Shown here: piece by piece, positions 38,665 through 49,297 of the stretch
Layout: each line of letters begins with the position of its first letter
Numbering within the stretch: the first letter of the stretch is position 1
From: an uncultured bacterium
GTDB lineage: Bacteria; Chloroflexota; UBA5177; JANWHV01
DNA length: 64,000 bases
Assembly (NCBI GenBank): GCA_963827235.1
Contig: CAWHAE010000012.1
Span: 224,001-288,000, forward strand
Direction of reading: 5' to 3'
Position numbers and translations under genes: made by a program
Notes under the pieces: generated by a model
What the model was told of the DNA's origin: nothing
Seen by the model: only the letters and a program-made list of their open reading frames with translations
Database searches by the model: none

Positions 38665-39417
38665 CTATGACGTAGTGCTGGAGAGGTCGCGGGATTCCTG
38701 GTCCTGGTAGGGTGGCTCACGCGTGTTCTGGCCGGCCGGCGTGCAACTCGCGATGAGCTGGGCTTCCAGGCCATGGAGGATGGCTTGGAGGCCGAACTCG
38801 AAGGTGTTCTCGGGTGCCGCGCCGTAGTCGGCGGCGGCTGTCTCGAGGCGGGCACGCAATCGTGGGAACTGCGCCCCAATCTCGCGGGCTTTCGCCATGG
38901 TGTCGCGCATCAGCCCTTCGGCGTCACCGCCGTCGCGACTGAGTTTCCTGGTGAGCGAGAGCGTCGCGGCCCGGCCGAGGGCGTTGCCAAGCACGAAGGT
39001 GAAGACGGCGGTCGCTGCCTGGTCGATCTGTGCGCCGGTGAATCCGGCTGCCTCATACACGGCGAGGCTGTGCTCATTGAAGTGGGACCTGCTGGGCCCG
39101 AACACCGGGAAGGTGCCGAAGGCCTGCACCAGCCAGGGGTGGCGAGTGAGCAGCGTGTGCAGGTCGGTGGCTAGCTGCCGGGCAGCCGTCCGCCAGTCGG
39201 TCGCAGGCAGGTCGGGCAGCGCGATCTCACCCCACAATTGGTCGCCGGCGAGGGCGATGAGATTGGCCTTGCTGCCCACGTGCCAGTAGACCGCGGTAGC
39301 CGCAGAGTCCAGCCGCTGGCCCAGCGAACGCATGCTCAGCCCTTCCAGGCCTTCGCTGTCAAGCAGGTCGATGGCGGCATCGACGATCTGTTGTCGGGTC
39401 AGCGTGTCGCGCGGCAT
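38665..39417 (-). CDS. TetR/AcrR-family regulator with TetR_C domain
   Basis: LTRQQIVDAAIDLLDSEGLEGLSMRSLG..AVYWHV, RHPW, FEFGL..ILHG. Confidence 0.95.
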   Translation of the reverse strand: MPRDTLTRQQIVDAAIDLLDSEGLEGLSMRSLGQRLDSAATAVYWHVGSKANLIALAGDQLWGEIALPDLPATDWRTAARQLATDLHTLLTRHPWLVQAFGTFPVFGPSRSHFNEHSLAVYEAAGFTGAQIDQAATAVFTFVLGNALGRAATLSLTRKLSRDGGDAEGLMRDTMAKAREIGAQFPRLRARLETAAADYGAAPENTFEFGLQAILHGLEAQLIASCTPAGQNTREPPYQDQESRDLSSTTS

Positions 39418-39423
39418 ATGCCC

Positions 39424-39521
39424 AGTATAGCGCACCGGACGTCCGTTTGCACGCTGTTCAAGAAGGTACTTGCACAGTGTTCACGTCATGTGCTACGCTC
39501 CGATGTGAACACTGTGCAAGT
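39424..39521. promoter_or_regulatory. Divergent promoters with three TetR-type operators (TTGCAC-N3-GTTCA)
   Basis: Sites 39447-39461, 39468-39484 and 39505-39521 (last two are a perfect 17-bp inverted pair); minus-strand TATACT 6 nt before the tetR ATG. Confidence 0.8.
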
Positions 39522-39585
39522 CGCCGAGGAGGCCAGCGCCGTCAACTCGGCGTCGTGCGCAATGCGAAGCAGAATGGGATATGAC

Positions 39586-40971
39586 ATGGCACATGACACG
39601 CTGTCCGATTTCGTCGAGGCGACGGCCACAAGGTTCGGCATTCCTGGCGTTGCTGCCGGGGTGTGGGCGGATGGTCGGGAGATCTATGCCTGCCACGGTG
39701 TAACCAGCGTAGAGAACCCGCTTCCCATCGACCAGGACACGCTGTACCTGCTTGGCTCGATCACAAAGACCTACACGGCGACCGCGCTGATGTGCCTCGT
39801 CGCCAGCGGCAAGGTCGAGCTGGAGGCGCCGGTGCGCCGGTACGTTCCCGAATTCAAGCTCGCGGACGAACGAGTCGCGGCGGCGGTCACCGTGTTGCAG
39901 CTACTCAACCACACCGCCGGGCTGGACTGGGCCATCATCGCTGACACCGGCGAGGGAGACGATGCACTGGTTGCGTTTGTGGCCAAGATGGCCGAGTTGA
40001 AACTGATCGCGCCACCCGGTCGGCGGGCCTCGTATAGCCAGGCAGGGTATAACCTGGTCGGGCGGATCGTGGAGAAGGTCACAGGCCTGACCTACGAGCG
40101 GGCCGTCGCGTCGCTCTTGCTCGATCCCCTGGGGCTGTCGCACAGCTTCTTCGCGCGCGACGATGTCATGACCAGGCGCTTCGCCGTCGGGCACAACCGC
40201 GGCGAGGATGGAACGCTGTCCATCGCGCGACTGTGGCGGCGTTCGCGCGGCGACAACCCCGGCGGGGGCATCGTGTCCTCGGTGGCGGACCAGCTTCGGT
40301 GGGCTCGATTCCACCTGGGTGACGGCAGCGCACCGAGCGGAGTGCGTATCCTGCCTGCCGAGGTCCTGCAGCGGATGCAGGAGCCCACGGTGGCGTTGCG
40401 GGGCAGCAGCTTGGGCGACGCCATCGGGATCTGCTGGTTCCTGCGGGACGTGGACGGCGTGCGCACCGTCGGGCACGGCGGGTCGGCGAACGGCCAGTTC
40501 GCCGAGCTGCTTACCGTACCGGAACGGGGCTTCGCCGTCGTCTCCCTCTCCAACGCCGGCCCGGATGGCATCCCCTGCAATCAGGCGGTCGTCCGTTGGG
40601 CGCTCCAGACCTATCTGGGTGTGGCCGATCGGGACCCGGAGCCGCTCCCCTATGACGAGGCGCGGGCTCGGGAGGTGGTCGGGCGCTACGAGAACGACGT
40701 CATGACGCTCACCGTCAGCACGGTTGGAGCCGGGCTGAGGCTCGAGGTTCTGATGAGGCCGGAGATCCGGGCCGCGGCGGACAAGGAACCACCCCCTGAC
40801 CACGCGCCGTTCGAGTTCGGCCTGCTGCCGGGCGACACGGGCGACTACGTCATCACCAGCGGCGCATTCAAAGGGCAGCGCGGCTTCTTCACCCGCGACG
40901 AGAGCGGCGCGGTGGCAGGTGCCGACCTCGCCGGCCGGTTGTTCACGCGGGTTCAGACAGTCTCCGGGTGA
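39586..40971 (+). CDS. Serine hydrolase, beta-lactamase class C/PBP-like family
   Basis: SITK (SxxK), LLNHTAG, YSQ (YxN-like), GHGG. Confidence 0.92.
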   Translation: MAHDTLSDFVEATATRFGIPGVAAGVWADGREIYACHGVTSVENPLPIDQDTLYLLGSITKTYTATALMCLVASGKVELEAPVRRYVPEFKLADERVAAAVTVLQLLNHTAGLDWAIIADTGEGDDALVAFVAKMAELKLIAPPGRRASYSQAGYNLVGRIVEKVTGLTYERAVASLLLDPLGLSHSFFARDDVMTRRFAVGHNRGEDGTLSIARLWRRSRGDNPGGGIVSSVADQLRWARFHLGDGSAPSGVRILPAEVLQRMQEPTVALRGSSLGDAIGICWFLRDVDGVRTVGHGGSANGQFAELLTVPERGFAVVSLSNAGPDGIPCNQAVVRWALQTYLGVADRDPEPLPYDEARAREVVGRYENDVMTLTVSTVGAGLRLEVLMRPEIRAAADKEPPPDHAPFEFGLLPGDTGDYVITSGAFKGQRGFFTRDESGAVAGADLAGRLFTRVQTVSG

Positions 40972-41202
40972 GTTCCGGCATCCGGCCTTGCACGAGTCGG
41001 GACCTCATGCAAATCCTTCATCCAGCCGCGCCCCGCGCACGCCATGATACCCCGTGCTCGCCAGGGTCGGCGCGCGCAGGGCGCAGGCCGGGCCTGGGAC
41101 GGGCGACCCAAGCTGAGCCGCCCACCCACTGGCTGGCGCTCCCACGTACTCGATACCAGCCATGCAATCCGATGAGCCTGCCACCACTGGGCGATCTCCG
41201 GG

Positions 41203-43156
41203 TCATGGGAATGGTACGCCAGCCTTGGCGAACAGAGGAGTGCCCACGTCTTCCGTGGCCGACAAGCCATCCGCCGTGCGCCCGACGGCGTAGGCGACGA
41301 GACTACCGGATGTGGCGTGGAATTCGGCGCCCACGGGACCGGGCGGGACGCTCGTACCGGAATCCGCCACCACGTCGACGGTGGTAATGCCGCCGGCGGC
41401 GGCGACATAGGTCGCCTGCGCCGTACTCCCGTCGCTGCCGTAATAGGTCGCGTCGACCTGGATCGCTTTCGTGCCCGGGTTATAGAGGTACACGTAGCGA
41501 TCGACGGCCGTGCCATCCACCAGCTGCGTCGACAGATCGGACAGAAATACGTCGTCTGAAGAGTCGCTCTGCGCCGGAAAGTCCACGCCCGGATGCCGGC
41601 CAAGGTTCGGCGAGCCGTCGTAGTACTGTGCCGATTCCACGGCAATCACGCCTGAAGCCGTCAGGTCGACGCTGTAGACGGGGACCGCCGCCGCTCCGAG
41701 CGCCTTGTTCCCGTTGATCGTCTGCCGGGTGCTCGGGCTCACCGTCACCACGGCAGAATTGCCGATGCCATGACCCGCCGCGTCGTAGAAGGTCGCGACG
41801 ACCTTGATCGCAGGCCCGCCGATGGCCGGATTCAGCACGGTCAGGAACGCCTGGTTGCCCTGCACGTTGCCGGCACCGTCCAGGCCGCCCGAGCTCGCGT
41901 AGGCGACGCGCAGGTGCATGCCCGACGTGGTCACGCCGCCGCTCACCGTGGAGCCGAACTTGCCGGAGCCGGAGCCGTCTCCGAAATAGATGACGCGCTC
42001 GGGCACAATCGGCTGGTCGCTGCTGATGATCATGCCCACCGACTTGGCGGCGCCGTCGGCGTTGAGCGTACGGATGTTCGCCGTCGCGCGGCTGAGCGCC
42101 GGCACGGTGAGCGTCACGGTCTTGGCATCGCGCGCGTCGGCTGCCAGCGGTGCCAGCAGGATGGAGACGTTCGCAGCCGCCGACGACGGGTTGAGAACGG
42201 TCAGATACTCCTGGAAGGTGGCGCCGGTATACCCCTCGGGGAAATACCAGGATTGGCCCGGCGCCGGGACGGCCTGTGCCGTGCTGCCGTCCAGGCGCGA
42301 GCCGTCGGCGGCCACGCGCGTGATCGTGCGCGTGGCGAACAGCTGCTGCGCGGACCGCACGACCGCCGCCACGAATTTGTCCGGCCCGACGTCGGCGCCG
42401 ACGGATTCCCGCAGCACGGCGGTGGGTCCGATGCTGCGGGAAACTTCGACCGGCTTGGCAACACCCTGAATGTAGTAGGTGATGGTCGCGACGACCGTCG
42501 CGGCGCTTGGGTTCAGCAGGTTGAGCACCTCGGTGAAAGTGGCCCTGCCGTTCGTCGCCGCCACGCCCGTGTAGCCCTCGGCAAAATAGGCCGTCGTGGG
42601 CCCCCCTGGGAGTGGCGTCGGGGTGGGCGACAGCCCTGCCTTGCCGGACACCGAGGGCGATGGATTGCCCTTGCTGGTCGCAGTCGGGGACGCCATCACA
42701 CCCTTGCTGGTCGCGGTCGCGGACGCCATCATACCCTTGCTGGTCGCGGTCGCGGACGCCATCACACCCTTGCTGGTCGCGGTCGCGGACGCCATCACAC
42801 CCTTGCTGGTCGCGGTCGCGGACGCTGTCGGGGTTACGGATGCGGTCACGGTCGCGGATGGGGTTACGGATGCGGTCACGGTCGCGGATGGGGTCGCGAT
42901 GGCGGTGTCTGTGGCGATCGGCGTCACGGTTGACGTCACGGTGGCCATGGTGGCCGGCGTCACCGTCGGTTCGAGTGTAGCGGTGCCGGTGATCGGCACA
43001 GTACCAGTATCGATGCTCGTCGGTGTGGAAAGATCGCTCGCCACGACACCGGGCCGCGCGGCGATCGCCCGTACCACCATCCCGGGCGAGCCTGTCGCCC
43101 AGCAAGGTGCCGGCGACAATCAGTACGAGGAACAAGCCGATAGCGCAGATCTTCAC
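41203..43156 (-). CDS. Secreted protein with Thr/Ser tandem-repeat stalk and DUF5719-like beta domains; frameshift near 43099
   Basis: Signal peptide MKICAIGLFLVLIVAGTLL after AGGAGG is out of frame with the body; YFAEGYT and WYFPEGYT..FQEYLTVLNP repeats. Confidence 0.8.
42668..42893. repeat. Coding VNTR: about 4.8 x 33 bp (ASATATSKGVM) then about 2 x 30 bp (TPSATVTASV)
   Basis: 33-bp units start at 42668, 42701, 42734, 42767 and 42800; 30-bp units from 42830. Confidence 0.9.
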
Positions 43157-43315
43157 CGGTCCTCCTTGAGATTGATACGTCGAGAGACTCGACTATCGGC
43201 CGCCTGATCGCCCGGCAAGGCGAGGTGTCCACCAGAGGCACATGCACTGGTGCCGCAGGTCGCGCTGCACGAGCAGCCATCCCGCGTACCGGTCCCACCT
43301 GACGGGGAAGCATGC

Positions 43316-43347
43316 CCGGCCGGGGTCGCCGAGGCGACCCCGGCCGG
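43316..43347 (-). terminator. Strong hairpin just after the CAP-protein stop
   Basis: CCGGCCGGGGTCGCC-GA-GGCGACCCCGGCCGG perfect inverted repeat. Confidence 0.65.
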
Positions 43348-43363
43348 CTCCGCGCCTATTGAC

Positions 43364-45465
43364 TCAGTGCCAGGTCACGGCGACGGTGGAGGACGTTGCA
43401 GCGCCCGCGGTGATGCTGGACGAGGAGCTGCTCAGCCGTGCCGTGTACTGGTGCGTCGCGGCGCCGGCCGACGACGCGGTGGCGGTGCAGGTCAGGCCGC
43501 TAGCCGCAGCTCGTGAGAATGGCGCCGTTCTCGTCGACAATATCGACGAACCAGATAGTCGGTCCCGGGTCGATGTTGGTCGAGGCGGTCAGACTCACGC
43601 TTGTGCCCGCGGCAGGCGTCGTGCTGCTGGCCGTGAAGCTCGTCAGGCAGACAGTGCCGTCCGTCGTGCAGGCGCCTGCGCCACGCCGGGCCAGCGGCCG
43701 GTGCCGCCGGTGCCGCCGGTACCACCGGCGGCCGCACTCCAGGTCACGGCGACCGTGGCGGATGTCGGCGGCACCTGGCGGTGATGCTGGACGACGAGCT
43801 GCTCAGCCGTGCCGTGTACTGGTGCGTCGCAGCGCCGGCCGACGACGCGGTGGCGGTGCAGCTCAGGCCGGAGCCGCAGCTCGTGAGAATGGCGCCGTTC
43901 TCGTCGACAATATCGACAAACCAGATGGTCGGTCCGGGATCGATGTTGGTCGATGCGGTCAGCGTCACGCTTGTGCCCGCGGCAGGCGTCGTGCTGCTGG
44001 CCGTGAAGCTCGTCAGGCAGACCGTGCCGTCCGGCGTGCAGGCGCCTGCGCCGCCGGGAGCGGCGGTGCCACCCGTGCCACCGGTACCACCGGCGGCTGC
44101 ACTCCAGGTCACGGCGACCGTGGCGGATGTCGGCGCACCTGCGCTGATGCTGGACGACGAGGTGCTCAGCCGTGCCGTGTACTGGTGCGTCGCAGCGCCG
44201 GCCGACGACGCGGTGGCGGTGCAGCTCAGGCCGGAGCCGCAGCTCGTGAGAATGGCGCCGTTCTCATCGACAATATCGACGAACCAGATGGTCGGTCCGG
44301 GATCGATGTTGGTCGATGCGGTCAGCGTCACGCTTGTGCCCGCGGCAGGCGCCGTGCTACTGGCCGTGAAGCTCGTCAGGCAGACCGTGCCGTCCGGCGT
44401 GCAGGCACCAGTGCCGCCCGTACCGCCTCCGGGAGCGGTTGCGCCGGCGATGGCGACGTCGGTGAAGTTACCGCTGGCGTCGACGGCTATGGCGTGCAGC
44501 GCGCCGGTGGCTCCCGCGGGGAGCGTTGCCGTCCAGGTGCCGTTTCCCTGGTTGGTGGCGGCAACGGTGTTGAAGGTGTTCCCGGTTTCGACAATCGATC
44601 CCGTGTAGAACACCACCCCGGTGATGGCGGTCGGGTCGCCCTGCTCGACGACGTTGGTCACCGTGGCAACCGAGCCCGCGAGGGTCGGCGCATTCAGGCT
44701 GGGCGCATTGGTGTTGGCGGTTGCGGGGGGCGTGTAGGGCGTGGCGGGCGAGTCCTGGAGGAAGTCGTCGGTGTAGTACGGCGTGAACGGGCTGGTAGGC
44801 GTGCCCGGGGCGATGCCGATGCCCACCCAATCGAAGTTGCCCAGGATATTGTGCCGATGACCCCAGGCTGACTGCGAATCCTGGTACATGAAGCCGTAAA
44901 CCGCCGAAGCCGCCGTCGACTGGCCGGCCGAGATGTTCTCGCCCTCACCGTGGCTTGCATGGGCAATTGCCGGGTTGACGGTGAACCGGGCGAAGACTCC
45001 GGTCGGCTGATTGATCGGGCTGGGGTGGTCAAAGTACGCGTACTGCGCCATCTCGCGGCTGTGGTTGAGCGAGATTTGAGAGAGGAGCGTGCCGTCCAGC
45101 TGCAGGGCGCCCAGTCCGCGGTCGGCGCGCTCCGTGTTGAAGAGGGCCAGCATCTGCTGCTGCGGCGAGAGCCCATCGAAGCCCGCGGGCAGCGTGAAGG
45201 TCGTCGCGCATCCCTCGGCCTGCCGGGCCGCGGTGAAGTTGCCGATGATGTTGGCGTCACTGGAGAAGTCGGCAGGTGGCGTGTCGTCGGCCGTGGGCGT
45301 CGTCGTTGGGCTGCAAGCCGCCGCGGCGTATGCGTGCGGCCCGGTCACAGCGCCGGCACCCAAAGCCAGCGTGCAGACGACAACGAGCGCGCAGGCGGCA
45401 CCACGAAGTAGGGCGACGTACTGCCGAAGAGTCGAGAGGGTCGAGAATCGCAGTCGTGTGCGCAT
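43364..45465 (-). CDS. Secreted CAP (SCP/PR-1) domain protein with three near-identical Cys-containing Ig-like repeats; indels in the last repeats
   Basis: LFNTERADRGL, HSREM..YFDH, GENI, WGHRHNIL, VGIG; repeats CTPDGTVCLTSF..TSCGSGLSC..VAVTW; final TWH* at 43364. Confidence 0.85.
43367..44410. repeat. Three direct repeats of about 360 bp within the CAP protein gene
   Basis: CAGGTCACGGCGAC..CAGCCGTGCCGTGTACTGGTGCGTCGC block recurs near 43371, 43740 and 44105. Confidence 0.9.
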
Positions 45466-45786
45466 AATGTTTATCCTGTCTGCTGGACATGCCATTCGAA
45501 GAATTACCTGGGGTAGACCGTGCGGTCGCGCCGCACCACTGGGAGCATGTTGCGGTCCCGCACGCCGTGATGGTGCTTTCCGGCAGGCGCTCACGCGCTT
45601 GCAGGCGCGGGCCGAGCCGGGACCATACGTGGCTGCCGGGTCGAAGGCCGTGCTGGCCGTGACCGGATCTTCGACCGCGTATCGACGAAGGTGGCTGCTC
45701 CTTTCGGCCCTGTAGGGAGCCAGTTCTGAGCTGTTACCGTATATTCTTCAGTTTGAACGTGTTTTATCCGCCCGGCCATGAAGAGA

Positions 45787-45815
45787 TCCCGCACAGTTCC
45801 CGCACTCTTGCCGCA
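45787..45815. promoter_or_regulatory. Three 11-bp-spaced direct repeats T(C/G)CCGCA upstream of the CAP gene
   Basis: TCCCGCA at 45787 and 45798, TGCCGCA at 45809. Confidence 0.35.
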
Positions 45816-46419
45816 TTCCCGCTGCATGCAGCGAGCGGCGCCCGTTCCAGCCTCGCTCAAAGCATCGGCGAGCAGAGGCCGCTCCGCCGGCAGTCCTCGG
45901 CGCCTTGTGCCGGCGTCTCCACGCCGCCCGCTCCGGCCTCACCGGTCGCGGGTGCTTGTCCGCGTCCGCTCCTCCCTGATGGTGGCCTGCACCGACAGCA
46001 GGCGCTTCGTGCCGTGCGGCAGCCCCACTGTGAGGGAGAGCGATCGGGACCGCCCATCAGCGGTCGTCCGCCGCCGGGTCAATGGCCCACGCGTCGGCTC
46101 ACACGCACAGCGTGCTCACGCGACGAACGAGCCCTGCTCACGATCTGGCTGGCGGCGAGCCGTGCCACCACTTGCCCGATCGAGCCGTCAGGTCGAATTC
46201 CTCCATACCGTTGCGGACTAGATCGCCCTCCCTCTCTTCCGTAGAAGCGTCGGGGATCCAGCAACACGAGGCAACGGCGGATTGACGCGGCCAGGCTCAT
46301 ACGGTGGGCATCAGACATGGAACAGGACGCGGATGCCGACGACGTTGCCAGGGCACTCTACTTGTTGACGCTCTGCGTCTACACCGTGCGACGTGGGCGC
46401 GCCAGACCGATCAAGAGGT

Positions 46420-46576
46420 AGCAGATCCGGTATTGCGCTGCGGCTTGATCTGGTGGTCCAGGCTGCATGGGCTGATGAGCCTGGAGGTGGAGGGACATTT
46501 CCGGTCGACGGGCTTCGATCCCGCGCTGCTCTACGACTCTGAAGTCGAGGCGCTGCTCGCCGGCGACGCCAGATGA
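46420..46576 (+). pseudogene. C-terminal WHG-domain remnant of a TetR-family regulator
   Basis: LIWWSRLHGLMSLEVEGHF....DPALLY; no HTH upstream. Confidence 0.65.
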
Positions 46577-46588
46577 GGCGCGTGCCAG

Positions 46589-46990
46589 TCAACCCGTCGG
46601 CGGACGTGTGAAAAGGATGCGGAATACCGCTTGGAAGAAAGACTCCCGCTTGCCTCCCTGCAGGTGGGAGCTGCCGTGCTCCTCAGAGAAGTCGCGCTCC
46701 TCCGCCGTCAGCTCATCGAGGCCGCCGGTGTCCCTGGCGATGCCGGTCCTCTGTGCGGCCTTGACTCGATCGATGGAGCGGAAGAACAGCGAGCGATGCG
46801 AGACGAGGCCCGCCTCACTGAGCCAGGCGACGGCCGCGCTCCGGTCGCCGCACACCCCCTCTTCTACCAGGATGTCTGCCGCTGCCAGGCAATAGGGGTT
46901 GGGCCGGCAGGTGACACTACATCCTTCGCCGCCGGCCACGCCAGGGGTGGTGGAAACCGTTTGGGCCTGTTCGCCGGCATCCGAGCTCAT
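46589..46990 (-). CDS. Hypothetical protein
   Basis: 133-aa ORF with DILVEEGVCGDRSAAVAWLSEAG resembling a helix-helix DNA-binding segment. Confidence 0.4.
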   Translation of the reverse strand: MSSDAGEQAQTVSTTPGVAGGEGCSVTCRPNPYCLAAADILVEEGVCGDRSAAVAWLSEAGLVSHRSLFFRSIDRVKAAQRTGIARDTGGLDELTAEERDFSEEHGSSHLQGGKRESFFQAVFRILFTRPPTG

Positions 46991-48054
46991 AGCAGCCGCT
47001 TCTCGACTCTGACCTGAGCGACACTATCTGTCATCGTACGACCGGGCCGTGAGAATCAGACAAACGGGGCGGAGCGTCCCGAAGCCACGCCGGCGTCGGC
47101 TGCAGCTCCGACACGGAGCCCCTCGACCGGCGCTGCGAGGCCACGCCCTGGCTCAACTTCGAGCCGGCGGCGCTCGTCAGCGTATCAACATGCCCTGATA
47201 CGGCATCGAACGTGTGGCGTCTCGAGTTACTGAAGGATTTGGTCGTGCGCTTGCACTTCCGTACTTTAGCCACGACTGTCGGCCCGGCCCCCGATCCACC
47301 GCCTATGCTCTATGTCTGTCAGTGCCACGAGGCGGTGGATGCAGAAGAACAACCCGCCGCTCTCCCAACTGCCGAGACAGCAAGCGACCCTCTCCGGTGC
47401 TGGCGAGGCTCGAGCAAGCCGGTGCGTTGTCACAGCTGGCGGCGCTCACTTCGATCCGGGGCCAGTTCCTGATCGCCGCTGGCGTACGCGCTTGCGCGAC
47501 GTCACTTCGGCGCAAGATAACGGCCTCGCGATCACCCTGACAGGTGTCGAGTGCAGAGATCCGTCAACGCCATGGCTCAGGCCGCCAATGAATGTTCATT
47601 CATTGCACGTAGCATGACCCGCAAGGCATCCAGCCGATCCAGCAGTCAGTTGCAGGGAACAATGGACGAGTCCGATATGGGCGCAGATCTGACAAACCCG
47701 CCCGTGTCTGGTGCAGCGCGAGCGTGGCCACCCCGGCTGAAGTGCTCGGCTGTCGCTGGGCTACCGCCGGCTGGCGCGTTCGTGGCGGCAGCGCCGCGCC
47801 GGGACGCGTGGCACGCAGACCTCCCCGACGCCACGCAACACGGCACAGCGTCGTGCGGTGAACGTGTGAGGGTGCCCCTCGGCCGCGCGGCGCGATGAGA
47901 GCAGTCGGCGCGTCGGTTTCTCCTCGTCAGGCCACGAATGCGGGCTGTGCTGCTTCCCGATGGGTGCCACCACTGGACCGCAGCACGGTATCTCCGTGAC
48001 ATGTAGCCTCAGGATCAGGCGGTGGGTCAGCGCAGGAGCGGCAGGAGGAAGCCA

Positions 48055-48480
48055 GTGAGCGAACAGGGACTGACGACCATGCCCAGCCCATACTCTGTCC
48101 AGGAGACCATCGACCAACTCGAACGGGTCGTGCAGGCAAGAGGATTGCGCGTGTTCGCGCGCATCGACCACGCCGCTGGCGCGGCCGAGGTCGGCTTGGC
48201 GTTACGCCCGACGACGCTGGTGCTATTCGGCCATCCCCGTGGCGGCACGGCGTTGATGCAGGACCGGCAGACGGCGGGCATTGACCTCCCGCTCAAAGCG
48301 CTCGCGTGGGAGGACGAGGACGGGCACGTCTGGCTTACCGGCAACCAGGTGGGCTGGCTGGCACAGCGGCACGCCTTGACCGCGGCCAGCAGCACCGCGG
48401 TAGCGGCGCTCGAGGAGGGGCAGCTCGCCGCCCTGCGCGCCGTCACCACATCCGTGCCGCAGGGGGAGGAGGGTGCGTGA
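48055..48480 (+). CDS. DUF302 domain protein
   Basis: FARIDHAAGA..GL.LRPT.LVLFG.P.GGT.LMQ....GIDLPLK; AGGAGG RBS. Confidence 0.92.
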   Translation: MSEQGLTTMPSPYSVQETIDQLERVVQARGLRVFARIDHAAGAAEVGLALRPTTLVLFGHPRGGTALMQDRQTAGIDLPLKALAWEDEDGHVWLTGNQVGWLAQRHALTAASSTAVAALEEGQLAALRAVTTSVPQGEEGA

Positions 48481-48599
48481 GGCCCGCACGCGGCCCGACG
48501 CTCCGCCTTGGTCCACGGCTCGGCCCATCAAGGCGAAGAGGCTATTGATTGTAGGCAATTCCTGCAATGGCGCGTTGAGCTGCAGATGGAAGTATCGCT

Positions 48600-48943
48600 A
48601 TGACCACCAACCGCCAGATCGTCGCCGACGACATGACCTGGGAGATCGTGGGACGCTCGGCCGCGTCGAAGAAGTATGCCACCACCTAGCAGTTCGTCGA
48701 CGAGGTCCTCGCACCGTTCGGCGCCCGATTCCGCCCCGACGCCCCGTCCATATCCGGGCGCTTTACGAAGTCGACGCCGCCCAGACCGCGATCGTCGTCT
48801 GGGATGGCGAAGGCATCACCACCCACGCCAACACCTACGCGTGGTTTATGACCCTGCGCGGCGGCAAGGTCGTCGACGGCACTGCGTTCTACGACAGCAT
48901 CGCCTTCAATGAACTCTGGCACGACGTCACACCCACCAGGTAG
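48600..48943 (+). pseudogene. SnoaL/NTF2-like protein pseudogene
   Basis: MTTNRQIVAD/DMTWEIVGRSAASKKY, in-frame TAG, frameshift, then NTYAWFMTLRGGKVVDGTAFYDSIAFNELW. Confidence 0.8.
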
Positions 48944-49297
48944 TCCGAACGGTAGGAGGCTCTGCCGATCAATCCGTCTCTGTTTGCACCAGCAAACGCT
49001 TCCTGTGCGTGGTGCCAGTGGGCTGCCCGCTACGCCACACGCTGAGCGCACGCTTCTGCCCCTTGCGCCACAGGTCCGCTGAAGGGCTTTATGCGGTGCG
49101 ATCCCGGCTCAGATGCGCGGCGGGCTCGACCGCTCACTTGATGGCGAGTAGCGGGCGGGCACGCACGAGACATCAACGAAACCGTCGGCCGGCGTCGACG
49201 GCGACCAGCGGCTGGCGTCGCGTCGCGATGACGGATTGTGCGGTCGCGGAAAGACATGCATGAAGACTGCCGTAGGTCGGCGCCGGGGCCGCGAGGA

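Noticed and set aside
42668-42893. 33-bp repeats as a CRISPR array
   Set aside because: Units are contiguous with no spacers, have a length divisible by three, lie inside a coding region, and there are no cas genes.
43367-44410. Repeats as template/variable regions of a diversity-generating retroelement
   Set aside because: No reverse transcriptase in the window and the differences are not adenine-specific.
47000-48020. Short ORFs in the 1-kb spacer
   Set aside because: No recognisable motif, RBS or consistent coding frame.
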